64,000 bases of DNA from Octopus bimaculoides (taxonomy: Eukaryota): NCBI RefSeq assembly GCF_001194135.2, contig NC_068987.1, positions 79,506,497 through 79,570,496 on the forward strand. Direction: 5' to 3'. Numbering within the stretch: the stretch's first letter is position 1; the number at the start of each line of letters is the position of its first letter. Below the pieces are notes generated by a model, which was not told where the DNA came from, ran no database searches, and saw only the letters and a program-made list of their open reading frames with translations. Position numbers and translations under genes: made by a program. This document shows, piece after piece, positions 12,345 to 24,525 of the stretch.

Positions 12345-12670
12345 ACAAGGGGGAGACAATGGATGGTGGATGCAGGGTTATCACATCCAGTTCCCTGACC
12401 AGAGCTTTCAGCAGTTTGAGCATCGAGGGAGAGAGAAGGAGGATGACCATCTGCAGTATCACCGATGCGGTAGAGCGGGCCTCATTATGGTTGTGGATCA
12501 AAACAGGAGAGCCATCGGGTAGCTAGCTGGCCATCTGGACACAAGGTGGGGTCTGATCAGCCCCAGCTAGGTCACCTGGAGGAGGGTGTATGATATTGAA
12601 AGACCCGAAAAACCCGATGATACGAGGCACATCACTGAAGACATGTCTAGATGCAGCAGTCATTGATGTA
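12345..12670 (+). mobile_element. 5'-truncated HERO-like (RLE clade) non-LTR retrotransposon 3' end
   Basis: ORF 12278-12526 ends GGCRV..LTRAFSSLSIEGERRR..ITDAVERASLWLWIK, matching the EVGCRGF...AAERAS.WLW C-terminus I recognise from HERO/NeSL-type ORFs. The 3' UTR is GC-richer and resembles HERO 3' UTRs. Confidence 0.75.
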
Positions 12671-12681
12671 CGTACACAACA

Positions 12682-12734
<53 letters not shown>

Positions 12735-13301
12735 TGTGTGTGTGAGTGTGTGTAAATGAGGTGACACGCGCACAGATACATATAAAACATGTATGTATAT
12801 TTATGCTTGTATATATGTGTATCTTTACTTATTTCTGAGTGTGTATGTTGGTGTTCGCGTGTGTTTGAGCATGTACATGTGTTTGTAAGCGTTCGTGTTA
12901 ATCTTTAGAATGTTTGATATAGTATTTTTCTTTTCCTTTTGTTCCTGCTACTTCATTTACGTTCAGTAACGGACAATGTTTCAGATGTAATGTGAACTGG
13001 AAAATGGTGAAACATTTATGTCAACCAAGTACTAAATCCCACTCCGTTCTGCTATTAACTTATGTTTACAGGATATGCTTTCACATACATATAGACGCTC
13101 ACTAGCAAACGCACACACACACACACACATAGACACGCACGTACATTAACACGCATGTGTATATGTAGGAGTATTTATATAGATGTGAATATATATAGAT
13201 GTATATAAACACGAATATACATGTCTATTCATATATGTGTGTATGTGCCTATGTATATTCGTATATACTATCTATATGCATTTACACATACTCCCCCCCC
13301 C

Positions 13302-13341
<40 letters not shown>

Positions 13342-14952
13342 CACACAGAGACACACATACATATTTACATACAAGCACGCACCTATAAATATGTATATAT
13401 GTATATAAGGTGACACGCGCACACATACATACACACTTATACATATATGCATACATATGCGTATGTATGTATGTATGTATGTATGTGTGAATTAATGGAT
13501 AGATGGCTGAATATATATGGCGTGAATGTAATGTGTGCTTACTCGTAACAAATGTAATGAAGATGTCTGTATGTTTCAATGTGTGTATTAATGTACGTAT
13601 TTTTGGTGAAAGTCGAATCGTTTCTAGCGTGTGATTTCATTTGCAAGACGCTATAATTACTTGTGATGCAGACTTCCGGTTAACGTATTTACCATAAAGC
13701 TATTCTTATAGCTGTTGCTGTCTGGATCCACTTTAGTTTTCTACTGCGTAATTACACTTCACTCGTTGTATGCTCCCTGCCAAAGCTACGGAACCAGCAA
13801 CGCTATGTCGTTTCCCAGTTTAGTTATTTCATTTCATTTACTACACTAACAGGAGATTTCCGGCTGCAATAAATATCCCAGAATGGAATGTTGTTATGCT
13901 TAAGCTTGACTTTAACGCACTCTATAAAAGTCAGGAAGCTTTCTAAATACGGGTAGAATTTTTATGGTTTGGAGTTAACAGTTGTGTTTTGTATTTTCTT
14001 CTAATTCCATACCCATCACTTCAAAGCATTACGGAATATTAAAATAGCTTGAACTCGCGGCCAATTTTATCGGATCCCACTTTCTACCGGAATGACCAAT
14101 GTCAAAATAAACCTTGGCGGGAGTTGAAATTAAAGATTTTTATGGACCGTAAAAAGTAGAGATGTTTCAGGGACTTCATATTCATTCGTCTACTCAGTTA
14201 CACACATAGGATCGCCTAATGTTTATAGTAAAAGATACTTAGAGACGATGCCAATCAGTGGGATCCAAATTGCAAGCCCTCTTTTGCGAATCAAATGTTT
14301 TATCGCTGTCATGTGTACTTCTGCACACATTGAATGATGCAGTCCGAAGTACTCTATAAAAACATAAAAATTTAATAGTCTTTACGCATTCTACCTTGAA
14401 TAGACACGATAGAATGAGTTTGATTATAGGTCGATGAAATTGGAAGCTCACAACGACAGCATTTTTGTAGTTATTAGAAAAAATCTTTATGTTATTTGCC
14501 TCTGGATTTAGTAGGTTACACCCATCGATCACCAATAAGATAAATTGTTGTATGTCATCAGTGACGTGGTTTCAATACCAGACTAGAACACATTACACCT
14601 CTGTTGATAATTGTTGTTGTAAAAGCATATTTATGGCAACTTCCGACTTGCCCTTTCTGAAAGATTTTGTTGTACTTTGGGAAGGTCATTCTGGTGATAA
14701 TCGACACACCGTCAAGTTCTGTTTCACTCGTTTTATTGCTAACATTCGTCAGTTAGTTTACATTTAACCTATTAATTAACCGATTACTTGATTAATCGTT
14801 CGGTTAGGTACACAGAGCCGAACCAGACCTAGATTAGAGAGTGCATCTCATTGATGGGGTTGAGAATAGCAATGAAAAGACTTTGACAAATCCAGCCGAT
14901 TGATTGATTAACCAACCCATTAATCAAAGAATCAAGTAGGTAATTTTTTTCT

Positions 14953-15011
<59 letters not shown>

Positions 15012-15034
15012 ATAATAATAATAATAATAATAAT
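14953..15034. repeat. (CTA)n(TAA)n compound microsatellite; similar array at 16664-16776
   Basis: Read directly. Confidence 0.95.
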
Positions 15035-15843
15035 AGAGGTGACATGAGCCAGTACGTCTGTTTATTATCGGCACAATAATGCTCCCGAGATGCAACAAAA
15101 CCTATTTTTGCATGAAATATTTCGGTCAGCATTTTTGACCATAAGTTTTCAGTATTTCGATCAGTTAAGCAGCCTGCTTATTGTATTAGTACATAGGCTG
15201 CAAAGATTTGCAGAAACAGTCGTACCTATAATATATTACTCAAGTAAAATCAGTGTGACAGTATATAACAAAACCACTGACACAATGGTACAATACGAAA
15301 AAGGAAGAAATGCATCTGCCGTTCTGCTGGCCGCTGCTGGGAAGCTTTTCGTTTTCCTCCGATATTTATGTCTTTAAAACAGCACTTGTACAATATATGT
15401 TATCTCAGGAAAAATACTGCAGTAAATGGGCTATCGAAGGTATATATACATTAAGTATTTTACATAGACGATTGTTCCAATTAAATACTACTTCAATTGC
15501 ATATACCAGATTTTTATTCAGTTGGACACCTATTCGCAACATCAGCGAATGTTTTATTTGTTTCCTTTATTAGAGACGACAAATTTCCATCAAGCATGTG
15601 GTTGACTGTGAAAACACTTTATTTAAAAAAACCCAAAAGACGACAATGCACCTAACGTTTCGGTCGGCCGCTGCTTGGCGCGATTTTCCATCCATCTCCG
15701 ATATTTATTGTACTTAATGCACCACGTCCATAAGAGGTGTTATCCTTGGACTAATACCTGTATTCAGCCTATCAACGGTGTATACATTAAGGTTGATACT
15801 CAGATGGCTACTTATGTACTGTTTCCGCGCACCCATGTACAGC

Positions 15844-16653
15844 TCACAAGGCTTGGGGTGAGTAGGTGTTATAGTAAGAGATTTTTGTCCAAGATAACAC
15901 TTGACCACGTGATTGTTTAGCATACATGTATAACGCGCCTGTCCCTGGTTGTATAAATTTTTCAGGGACATCATCTGCATGTAAAATAATAATTTTCATG
16001 CTAACAGTGGCACTCCGTCCGTTACGACGGCGAGGGTTCCAATTGATCCGATCAACAGAATAGCCTGCTCGTGAAATTAACGTGTAAGTGGCTGAGCACT
16101 TCACAGACACGTGTAGCCTTAACGTAGTTCTCGGGGAGATTGAGCGTGACACAGAGTGTGAAAAGGCTGACCCCTTTGAAATACAGATACAACAGAAACA
16201 GGAAGAAAGAAGGAGAGAAAGTTGCGGTGAAAGCGTACAGTATGGTTCGCCACAAACCACTACCGGAGCCTCGTGGAGCTTTAGGTGTTTTCGCTCTATA
16301 AGCACTCACAATGCCCGGTCTGGTAATCGAAACCACGATCCTACGACTGCGAGTCCGCTGCGCTAACCACTGGGCCATTGCGTCTCCACTTCCATGCTAA
16401 TATATTGAATACATAGGCATGGTATTAAAAGTGTTTGCACTAACTTCACTATTGGTGTCCGTGAATAGTTTACATTTGCGAAGGTAAGAGACTGAGACAA
16501 ACTATGAGTGTCAATTTTCATGTCTGCTGCTGCTGCTAACAGTGTTATAACCGAAATCTTTAATCTCGAGGCTGATAGCTTATCACAACGTTTTTCTGAC
16601 TCGCTTTTGACACACCGAGTGAAGGCGCACATCTTCCAATTGTGCTTCACATC
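15844..16653 (-). pseudogene. Possible decayed CR1/L2-type reverse transcriptase relic split by a SINE D insertion
   Basis: Removing the SINE and one target duplication joins ORF 16363-16650 in frame to the tail of ORF 15844-16305. The joined peptide has DMKIDTHSL..ANVN..PI..VQTLLIPCLCIQYISMKIIILHADDV..QVLSWTK, loosely in RT motif order (DxxKAFD, QG.vL.P.Lf..YI, YADD). Judged by eye only. Confidence 0.35.
16008..16387 (-). mobile_element. tRNA-derived SINE family D (octopus OR-type), full length
   Basis: Reverse complement GGAGACGCAATGGCCCAGTGGTTAGCGCAGCGGACTCGCAGTCGTAGGATCGTGGTTTCGATT has A and B boxes. Flanking direct repeat CATGCTAA at 15997-16004 and 16393-16400. Confidence 0.92.
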
Positions 16654-16682
16654 CTACTGAAAATACTACTACCACAACAACA

Positions 16683-16752
<70 letters not shown>

Positions 16753-16899
16753 ATAATAATAATAATAATAATAATACCTCCATCCATATCTCTCATTTAA
16801 TGTTGTGAAAGTGCTTTGAATGTTCGGCAAACGATTTCTAGGTCGTGGAATCAATTCCCAGACAGAGCCCTTCATTTCACGTTGCTTCAGTCCACTCGC

Positions 16900-17300
16900 G
16901 CTGAAAACTGATACCAGCGACACCTAGTATTACTTGCATTGTCACCAGTACTTCATTCAAAAGTATAGTTGACTTCAGCATGATATAAAGGCGGCGCGTA
17001 ACTAGACATATGTATATGTCCAAGGACTTCCATTGGCCAGAACTGACCATCCGCATCTGCATGCATATGTCTGGACACATTTTTTTTCTCGTAAAAAAAC
17101 TAATAGTTGTCCATACTTGAGAATTTCACCTTTCCGCGATACTAATGTTATTCGAAGAAAAGGCTGCTACTCTTGGACCGACGCAGCTCGGCGCCAGTAT
17201 CATTGTATAAATAATACTGCCCCCGACACTCTACCGATTATGCCAAGAGATATTAGCGCCAGTATATTGTCGTCAACTATGTTTACAATGAGCATTACCA
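16900..17300 (-). mobile_element. Possible highly degraded Tc1-family transposase relic
   Basis: Broken frames give VGGSII..MI, NSQ, MCPD..Q, PME and RRLY in the order of Tc1 GGGSVMIW / MNSQKY / FQQDNA / NPIENLW..LARRVY; many stops and frameshifts. Confidence 0.3.
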
Positions 17301-18749
17301 TTTAGTCTGCATTTGAATAGACTGCATAACAAAAGTCACAGATCAGTCAGGAAGTATCGCTCTATTGAGATAAACAAAAGAATTTTAAAATAACTGTTTC
17401 GCAATACATACCAGGAAACACCTGCACAAGTAATGAGATTGCATCTCATGAGACTAGTTTGTTTTGTCACATGTGGAAAAAAAAACAAATAAACTAAAAC
17501 ACTATTCAAATAGGAACGAGATACGACACCCTCACTAAGATAATATGTAAATATGAAAAATTATTTGCAATAATATGATTGGTATTAATTTAACCCGCAT
17601 CTGTGGAGAACAACTGTGAACTTTAGCAATGATTATTCATGATTACTTTGTATGATTCTCCAGCTCTCAGTTTCAAGAAATTAAACAGAAATTATCTTAG
17701 GCTAACTAACTACTATAGAGAGTAGTTATAATTAAGGCAACTTTGGATCAACAGCAAAAATACTTTCAAATGAGATTACTTGGAAATAACACATAGTAAA
17801 TCCAATAACAGATGGCATTAAAGATTGCAGATGGTATAACAAATTTTGCATCGTTTGAAAGAGGAGAAAATCTATAAAAGAATAAAAGATTAAAGAGAAA
17901 GCATGTTTTGTTTCTCCTGTGTGTTTCTCTCTTTCTTAGAATAAAATATTGCCCCAAAAGATATATGTGTGTAAAAAAACATTATGAGAATGTGTTCTCC
18001 CAATAGTAAGATAGTGTGGAGAGATATTTTAGTCGTATAAATTCTCGCTTTATTACTGGAAAGATTGTTGCATGAGATAATATCACGAAGTCTTTGACTT
18101 TGCCGTTCTTGGCAAGTTGCAATTGTGCTTCGAAGAAATCTTAGAATTATCATAGCGACTAAAAATAATCTACATGAAATAATATTTTTGCTTTTAATTA
18201 ATTTATTTTTCTATTTTCCTGTTTTAAACTTTTTTTGTTTTCATTCGCCTTTCTATAAATTGCGATATTCTTGTAAAAAATTAAAATTTTCTGACACTGT
18301 TTAGAAAGAGCATTTAAAATGTATAGAATTCAATTCTGAAATGACTAATTATTTATCAATTAAACTTCGAATGAAAATGTTTCGTTATTTAGTTATTAAA
18401 ATACAGCTAAAATTAGTTAAACCGTCGTTTTGCCTTCACTTCCCTTCGCTGTAACTTTCAATAACAAAGAAAAACTAAACAAACGAGAAAGCAACGAAGA
18501 AAAACAAAAGAAAACCGTCAAAAACAAAAGCACATTTTTAAAAATCGATAATAGTAAGATTCTGACGTCGATTGTTATCGCCAGCAAAAGAATGCAAAAC
18601 AAATACTGACTTTTAATTTTAGATTAGTTGGTGATTTTATGAAAAACACAAAAATAATGAGAACAATACAAAGATGTTTGGAGAGGAAAGCAAGGGTTGT
18701 TTGAAAACTAGCTAGGAGTAACAGAGTTACAGAGCAAGGAATAGTGGAG

Positions 18750-18804
<55 letters not shown>

Positions 18805-19584
18805 CATACTTAACATGCATGCATACATGCATATGTATATGTGTGTAGGTATATATGTATCTATCTATCTATCTATCTATCTATATCTATATCTATCTAT
18901 CTATCTATCTATANNNNNNNNNNNNNNNNNNNNNNNNNNNNNNNNNNNNNNNNNNNNNNNNNNNNNNNNNNNNNNNNNNNNNNNNNNNNNNNNNNNNNNN
19001 NNNNNNNNNNNNNNNNNNNNNNNNNNNNNNNNNNNNNNNNNNNNNNNNNNNNNNNNNNNNNNNNNNNNNNNNNNNNNNNNNNNNNNNNNNNNNNNNNNNT
19101 ATATATACCGGCGGCATTTTCTATATGAAAGAATACAGCGCATGCAATTCATGTTTGAGATACGTAGAGGAATGCAAATAACAAATCCGATTTTAATATA
19201 GATTTTTCACTGTTCTGACAAAACTCTGGAAAGAGGAGATACGAGGGCTATATGCACCCGACATTAATTGCATGGGTTTGATTATTACTGCTGCATGCTG
19301 TATGCTCTATTTTTAAGTACGAGAAATCGCCTCCATTTTATATATGTATATAAATATCAGCTGACGTATCTGCTTTTGTGTGTGCATTTGTGTATAGAGA
19401 GACAAAGAATCAGACAGACAAACACATACAGAGAGATTTCATATTATATACAAAGTTTGTATAAGATATTTACAAGTAATAGGACATTCATGCTCTTTTC
19501 TTAAACTGTTTGTAAAGTAATTACATAACATGTTGGTCAAAAATGAGGTATTCTTGCTTTTTATAATTTTTTTCCATACATTAC

Positions 19585-19699
19585 CTTTATAAGAACGGGA
19601 TTCTTGTAGTCTATTGCAGTTTTCAAGGCATTAGAAATTTGAGACATCTTATCATATTGATAAGACAACTCTGTGCTACGTAGACATCTTGACGAATTA
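19585..19699 (-). CDS. Speculative internal exon (NSSRCLRSTELSYQYDKMSQISNALKTAIDYKNPVLIK)
   Basis: TTGTAG acceptor, AAG|GTAATG donor, 115 nt open; phase-compatible with 21348-21394. No homology recognised. Confidence 0.2.
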
Positions 19700-20650
19700 C
19701 TACAAGCTAATGCACAACGCATCACTTCGTCTTACTTGTTTCCCACTAAGGAAGTATATTTGTGTTCTAGACGCTACTAATTTATATAGACGTATATAAA
19801 GTTTCGGATTTATGCAGTAAAACTTATTCTCACGACATGCTGTGCGTACAGTGTATCTAGGACTACAATATCCCATGTATTGCATGTTTTAAACTATGGC
19901 AAGGTATGTTTTCTTAAATTTGGCTTCTTTCTCCACTTGATCGAAGAGATGCAAAGAGTGTGCTGTATTTTTCACGGCATTATGCGTTACAACGTAAATA
20001 CGATAGAAAGTCTTTCGCTTTATTGATAATCCAACATTCTGTGTCTTGATTATTAATCACCGATTTATTTGCATGGAATTACTAAAATAATCATGGTGTT
20101 TAAACTTTTGTTAAAATATCAGCTTAATTTCTGCCTTCATGTTGTCATTATTATTATCATCTTTAATTCGTCATTGTTTTGTCATCTATTATTGTCATTT
20201 ACAATTTAATTAGCTAGGTGAAACAACACAAATAGGAGGCGGGGAATGAAACAGATAGCTGGACATCGTAGGAGGTTACAACAGGAAAATAAAAATTCAA
20301 GAGATGTTAGATAAAAGTTAAGAAATTGCATTAGATGTGCGCAGCGGATGGTTGGATGGAAAAAGTTAAAAGAAAAAGAAGTAGAATGGCGTCTGAGGTG
20401 AACGCTTTATCAAAGAAGAGTAATAAGGAAAAAAAAGAAACAAGATAAGTAACGATACCTGTGTAGAGTACCCGTGTATTTTTCGATTCTGCTTAATTAC
20501 ACATTCAGAAATGAGCCTACATCAACTGTGATTCCTTGTGGAAGTTGATCATATCCTTTACTTTAATTCAAACAATAGAAAACTAAGCTTCTGTACAGGG
20601 GAATGAAATAATTCACGCTTAGAAATATATAAATGAAAATTATTATAAAT

Positions 20651-20718
20651 GTTTTCGATCTAGTGTGGATTCTTTGCTATCAAATTTGATGGCAAAGAAT
20701 GCAAACTAGATCGAAAAC
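20651..20718. repeat. 68-bp loop-less palindrome
   Basis: 34-bp arms, 31/34 complementary, centre AAA|TTT. Confidence 0.9.
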
Positions 20719-21347
20719 GTCAATAGATGCTTTAAAATATCACAGCTTTTCACATATTAAGCCTACTCCGTCAACCAACATCTCAATCAAATTAATTTTG
20801 GGTGGGGGAAACAATTTGCATATTTAGTTAGTGACATATATTATACGCTCATACGCAAGAGCTGCACTATAGCTGCTTTCGATTCAGTAATGCTGTCTTG
20901 AACATTTCCACTGTTCACTCTATCCCTCATTTATATTGCTAGTATCTCATCTAAACACCTAAAACATAAATTTATAGTTTGCATGACTGAAAGGTCTCAT
21001 ATTCTGGTTTTGAATGGCTTTACGTTTCCAATACGCATTTTGTTTTTATAAGTAAATTACTTAAGTTTACCTCACTGTTCACTAGTTTTGCTCAGTAGAA
21101 GCAACGATCGCATAATACGTATTGTACTTTTAATGCCTTATCCATTACTTCAGCGTATATATTGTTTAATTAAAATCTATACTTTCAGCAACACATAATC
21201 GGATTGACTCTTAAATCTGTCAAACAGTTCATGGCATTTGAGCAAATCTAACTGGATCATCTATCATTGCCAACAATGATTATAGTTCCTACCGCTTGTG
21301 AAGGAAAATTTCACAACTTCTTTCTTCAATGATTGCAGATCAGATAC

Positions 21348-21394
21348 CTGTACAAATTCAATGATTTGGCAGCTTTGGAAATAACGTCAGCCAT
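21348..21394 (-). CDS. Speculative first coding segment (MADVISKAAKSLNLY)
   Basis: AGCATGG start context and CAG|GTATCT donor; an upstream acceptor TTATTTTAG|G would give an exon 21695-21348. No homology recognised. Confidence 0.2.
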
Positions 21395-22199
21395 GCTTGC
21401 ATCCCTCTGAAGTTGGAGCAATGGAATTTTTAAAAATATAAATAGTTTCGAATGTATCCCCTTTGAGCCAAACCCGTATGTTGAAATTGAAGGGACAAGC
21501 AATTTTAGAAGTCTTTCTTGCAAAGGTATCCCGAAATGTATCGATGTTAACTATTTCATTCGTATCTAAAAGTATCGAAATTTATGTTGAAACGACGTCA
21601 ACATTTTTCAAAATATATTATTCCAAAATGCTAACACAAATGCAATATAAACATTGACTAATGTATGAAGAAAACATACAGTTTCCGAGTACTTCCTAAA
21701 ATAAACCAAGGACAATTCAAAGAAAGTGACGGTGAGAGAATGTTAAATGGCAAGCTCAGTTTCCATTCAACCTCATTCCAATTATTTCCCCCATATCCAA
21801 CTTAGGTGCTTGCACAAGTACGCACACGCGCGTCCCCACTCCCCCACACATGCATACGCATGAATTCAACTTCCTTTCAAATTCTAAATATTGGTAAATA
21901 AACCCTTGTAAAAGCGATCTAGACAAAATAAGTAAGCATATCCAATATAAGTAAGCATATCCAACGACATCAACTCTGATACAGGAAGAGCAAAATTGTT
22001 GAGCTAACATGATTACAGTATTACTGCAATCAATTTGTTTTATGGTATTAGGAATAAAGAATCTTGCAATTCACTCAGTTTTATAGTGTTGATTTCTATC
22101 CCTTCAGTATCAGACTCCATCTTCCTGAAATTCTAAATTTTGGTAGAAAATCCACCAGAATTATCGACCGGAATATCACTCAAGTTTCAAAACTGACGA

Positions 22200-22330
22200 T
22201 AGTCAATCCAGTTTAACATTGACTCTTACTCTGTACAAAGGAATCGAGCCAATGTTCAACATATCGATCGGAAACTACGGCGAGGCCGAATGTGTTGATC
22301 TTATTGGCTTATTTTTCTTGGATACCCAAA
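22200..22330 (+). mobile_element. Penelope-like element reverse transcriptase relic
   Basis: ORF 22219-22416 has MFNISIGNYGEAECVDLIGLFFLD, resembling the FDVTMGSYDGAEVCELVGLFIL block of Penelope-type RTs. Confidence 0.5.
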
Positions 22331-22934
22331 AATACATACAAGTCTCTAAATTTCATCCCTGTACAAAAATTATGATACGTAGCTATGGAGAGAAGCAAGT
22401 ACTGCTATTGAGGTAGTATATTGAAACGTTTATACTGCTAGGCGCTACAAACAAATTGTATTTATCCATTGATATCAACAGAAGAAATTCCTGTCTATGT
22501 GTTAATAGAAGAATCTCTGTTTATGTTGTTTTTCATTTTGTCTACGTTTTTTGTGACGTCCTGTACCTAGATATGCATCTATATATGCATGTAGATGTAG
22601 GTATGTACATACATGTACGTATATATGCATAAACTCACATATTATTTGTATTATTATTTTATATATATATANNNNNNNNNNNNNNNNNNNNNNNNNNNNN
22701 NNNNNNNNNNNNNNNNNNNNNNNNNNNNNNNNNNNNNNNNNNNNNNNNNNNNNNNNNNNNNNNNNNNNNNNNNNNNNNNNNNNNNNNNNNNNNNNNNNNN
22801 NNNNNNNNNNNNNNNNNNNNNNNNNNNNNNNNNNNNNNNNNNNNNNNNNNNNNNNNNNNNNNNNNNNNNNNNNNNNNNNNNNNNNNNNNNNNNNNNNNNN
22901 NNNNNNNNNNNNNNNNNNNNNNNNNNNNNNNNNN

Positions 22935-22977
<43 letters not shown>

Positions 22978-23183
22978 TTGTGCGTCTGTGTTTGTCCCAC
23001 AAACATCGCTTGACAACCGATGCTGGTGTGTTTACGTCCCCGTAACTTAGCGGTTCGGCAAAAGAGACCGATATAATAAGTACTAGGCTTACAAAGAATA
23101 AGTCCTGGGGTCGATTTGCTCGACTAAAGGCGGTGCTCCAGCATGGCCGCAGTCAGATGACTGAAACAAGTAAATGAGTAAAG
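22935..23183 (+). mobile_element. SINE family A, internal microsatellite plus 3' half
   Basis: CATCGCTTGACAACCGATGCTGGTGTGTTTACGTCCCCGTAACTTAGCGG..GCTCCAGCATGGCCGCAGTCAGATGACTGAAACAAGTAAA. Confidence 0.9.
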
Positions 23184-23689
23184 AATATATATATATGCAT
23201 ATACATATTTGAACCTGGGACCATATGGTGGGAAATCAAACTCCTTACCACATAGCCACGGCTGCACCTATACATATCAAATGAAATACTGGCTCTTATG
23301 GAACCTAGTAAAATGATTACAATAACAGTTATTACTAATAAGTGAACGTTCTTTATCCATTCATCATAATATTATCAGTCGCACTGACATCTTCTACAAC
23401 AAGTGCTGCAGCAGTATAAATGACATTAATCTGTTTTTAAGTCGTAGCATGTTTCCCCTCACTATTGATTAAAAACTAATGATAAGATTATCAATATACT
23501 CATTAAGCCGCTTATATGTTAGGTTCTAGACACATAGGTTCTTTGACCCCTCTCGCTCAGCACCTTTGAAGTGACACTAATGACAAAGAATTATTCTTAA
23601 GAATACTATTAAATGAACAAATGATCGGCAGACAAATGAAGGTTTATCGCTGGGTAGTAAATTAAAGTTCCGAGACATATATACTCATA

Positions 23690-23903
23690 GGGCCAGTTTC
23701 TCGGCTTCTGTGGCGTATATATATTCACCACCCCGACGGAACGCTGGTCTGTTGCAGGATTAACCAGTTTTGCCAGCTGAGTGGACTGGATCGACGTAAA
23801 AAGAAGCGTTTTGCTCATGAATACATGTTGCCCGATCCAGGAATCGAAACTACAATCTTACGATCGGGAGACCAACACTCTAACCCTAAACCACGCGGCT
23901 CCA
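23690..23903 (-). mobile_element. tRNA-derived SINE family C, degenerate
   Basis: Reverse-complement head GTGGAGCCGCGTGGTTTAGGGTTAGAGTG..GTAGTTTCGATTCCTGGATCGGGC. Confidence 0.7.
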
Positions 23904-23973
23904 CTTATCATTGAGTAATGTTAGTATATTTGCAGAACTGGTGCATCGACGAATGGAATATTTCACAAGATAT

Positions 23974-24102
23974 ATATAAGGATTTACTTTTCGTAATGAG
24001 ATAAAAAACCAAGGCTGTGTATAATATAGAACATTTTATAAATGTTGTATATTATACACAGCCTTGGTCTTTTATCTCATTACGAAAAGTAAATCCTTAT
24101 AT
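23974..24102. repeat. 129-bp near-perfect palindrome (probable foldback MITE)
   Basis: 63-bp arms, 61/63 complementary, 3-nt centre TAT. Confidence 0.93.
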
Positions 24103-24490
24103 TCACACGCTGATATATGATCTACGTTGGACCCCTTGTTCTCATAACCACCGAACCTGGAGCTTAACTATAGTCTGTCCATAGCACTTACTCAGCATTA
24201 CTTGAAACCTATGGGTCTAATAGACACCACTACCGCTCATAGCCTATATATATATATATATATATATGTACATGTATAGATAGATAGATATATGTGTACA
24301 CGCCTTGAAGCATACATACATATATATGCATGTGTGTGCGCGCATATTTGTACGCCTAAATTTTACTTGTTATTTACTGTTCTATATGCATACGGTCATA
24401 TAATACGCACACATACACGAACACAAGTACACACACACAAACCCTCCCTCACATAGACACTTGCGCGCGCTCTTTGCGTCTGTGTGTATT

Positions 24491-24525
<35 letters not shown>

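Noticed and set aside
12570-12650. CTGAAGA and GAAA in the HERO-like 3' UTR as a hammerhead
   Set aside because: The order and pairings do not give stems I-III.
15645-15685. Minus-strand CCGAAACGTT with a short hairpin, as a second hammerhead
   Set aside because: No CUGANGA core upstream, and the cleavage triplet would be GUU; at best a dead relic. The same applies to the degenerate GAAAAACAGCTGTT at about 33110-33135 and to CTGATGA at 45906.
17412-17421. 10-nt micro-exon between TGCAG and GTATGT on the minus strand (also 8-nt at about 47695 and 24-nt at about 31969 on plus)
   Set aside because: Such short AG..GT pairs are expected by chance in 64 kb, and there is no supporting context.
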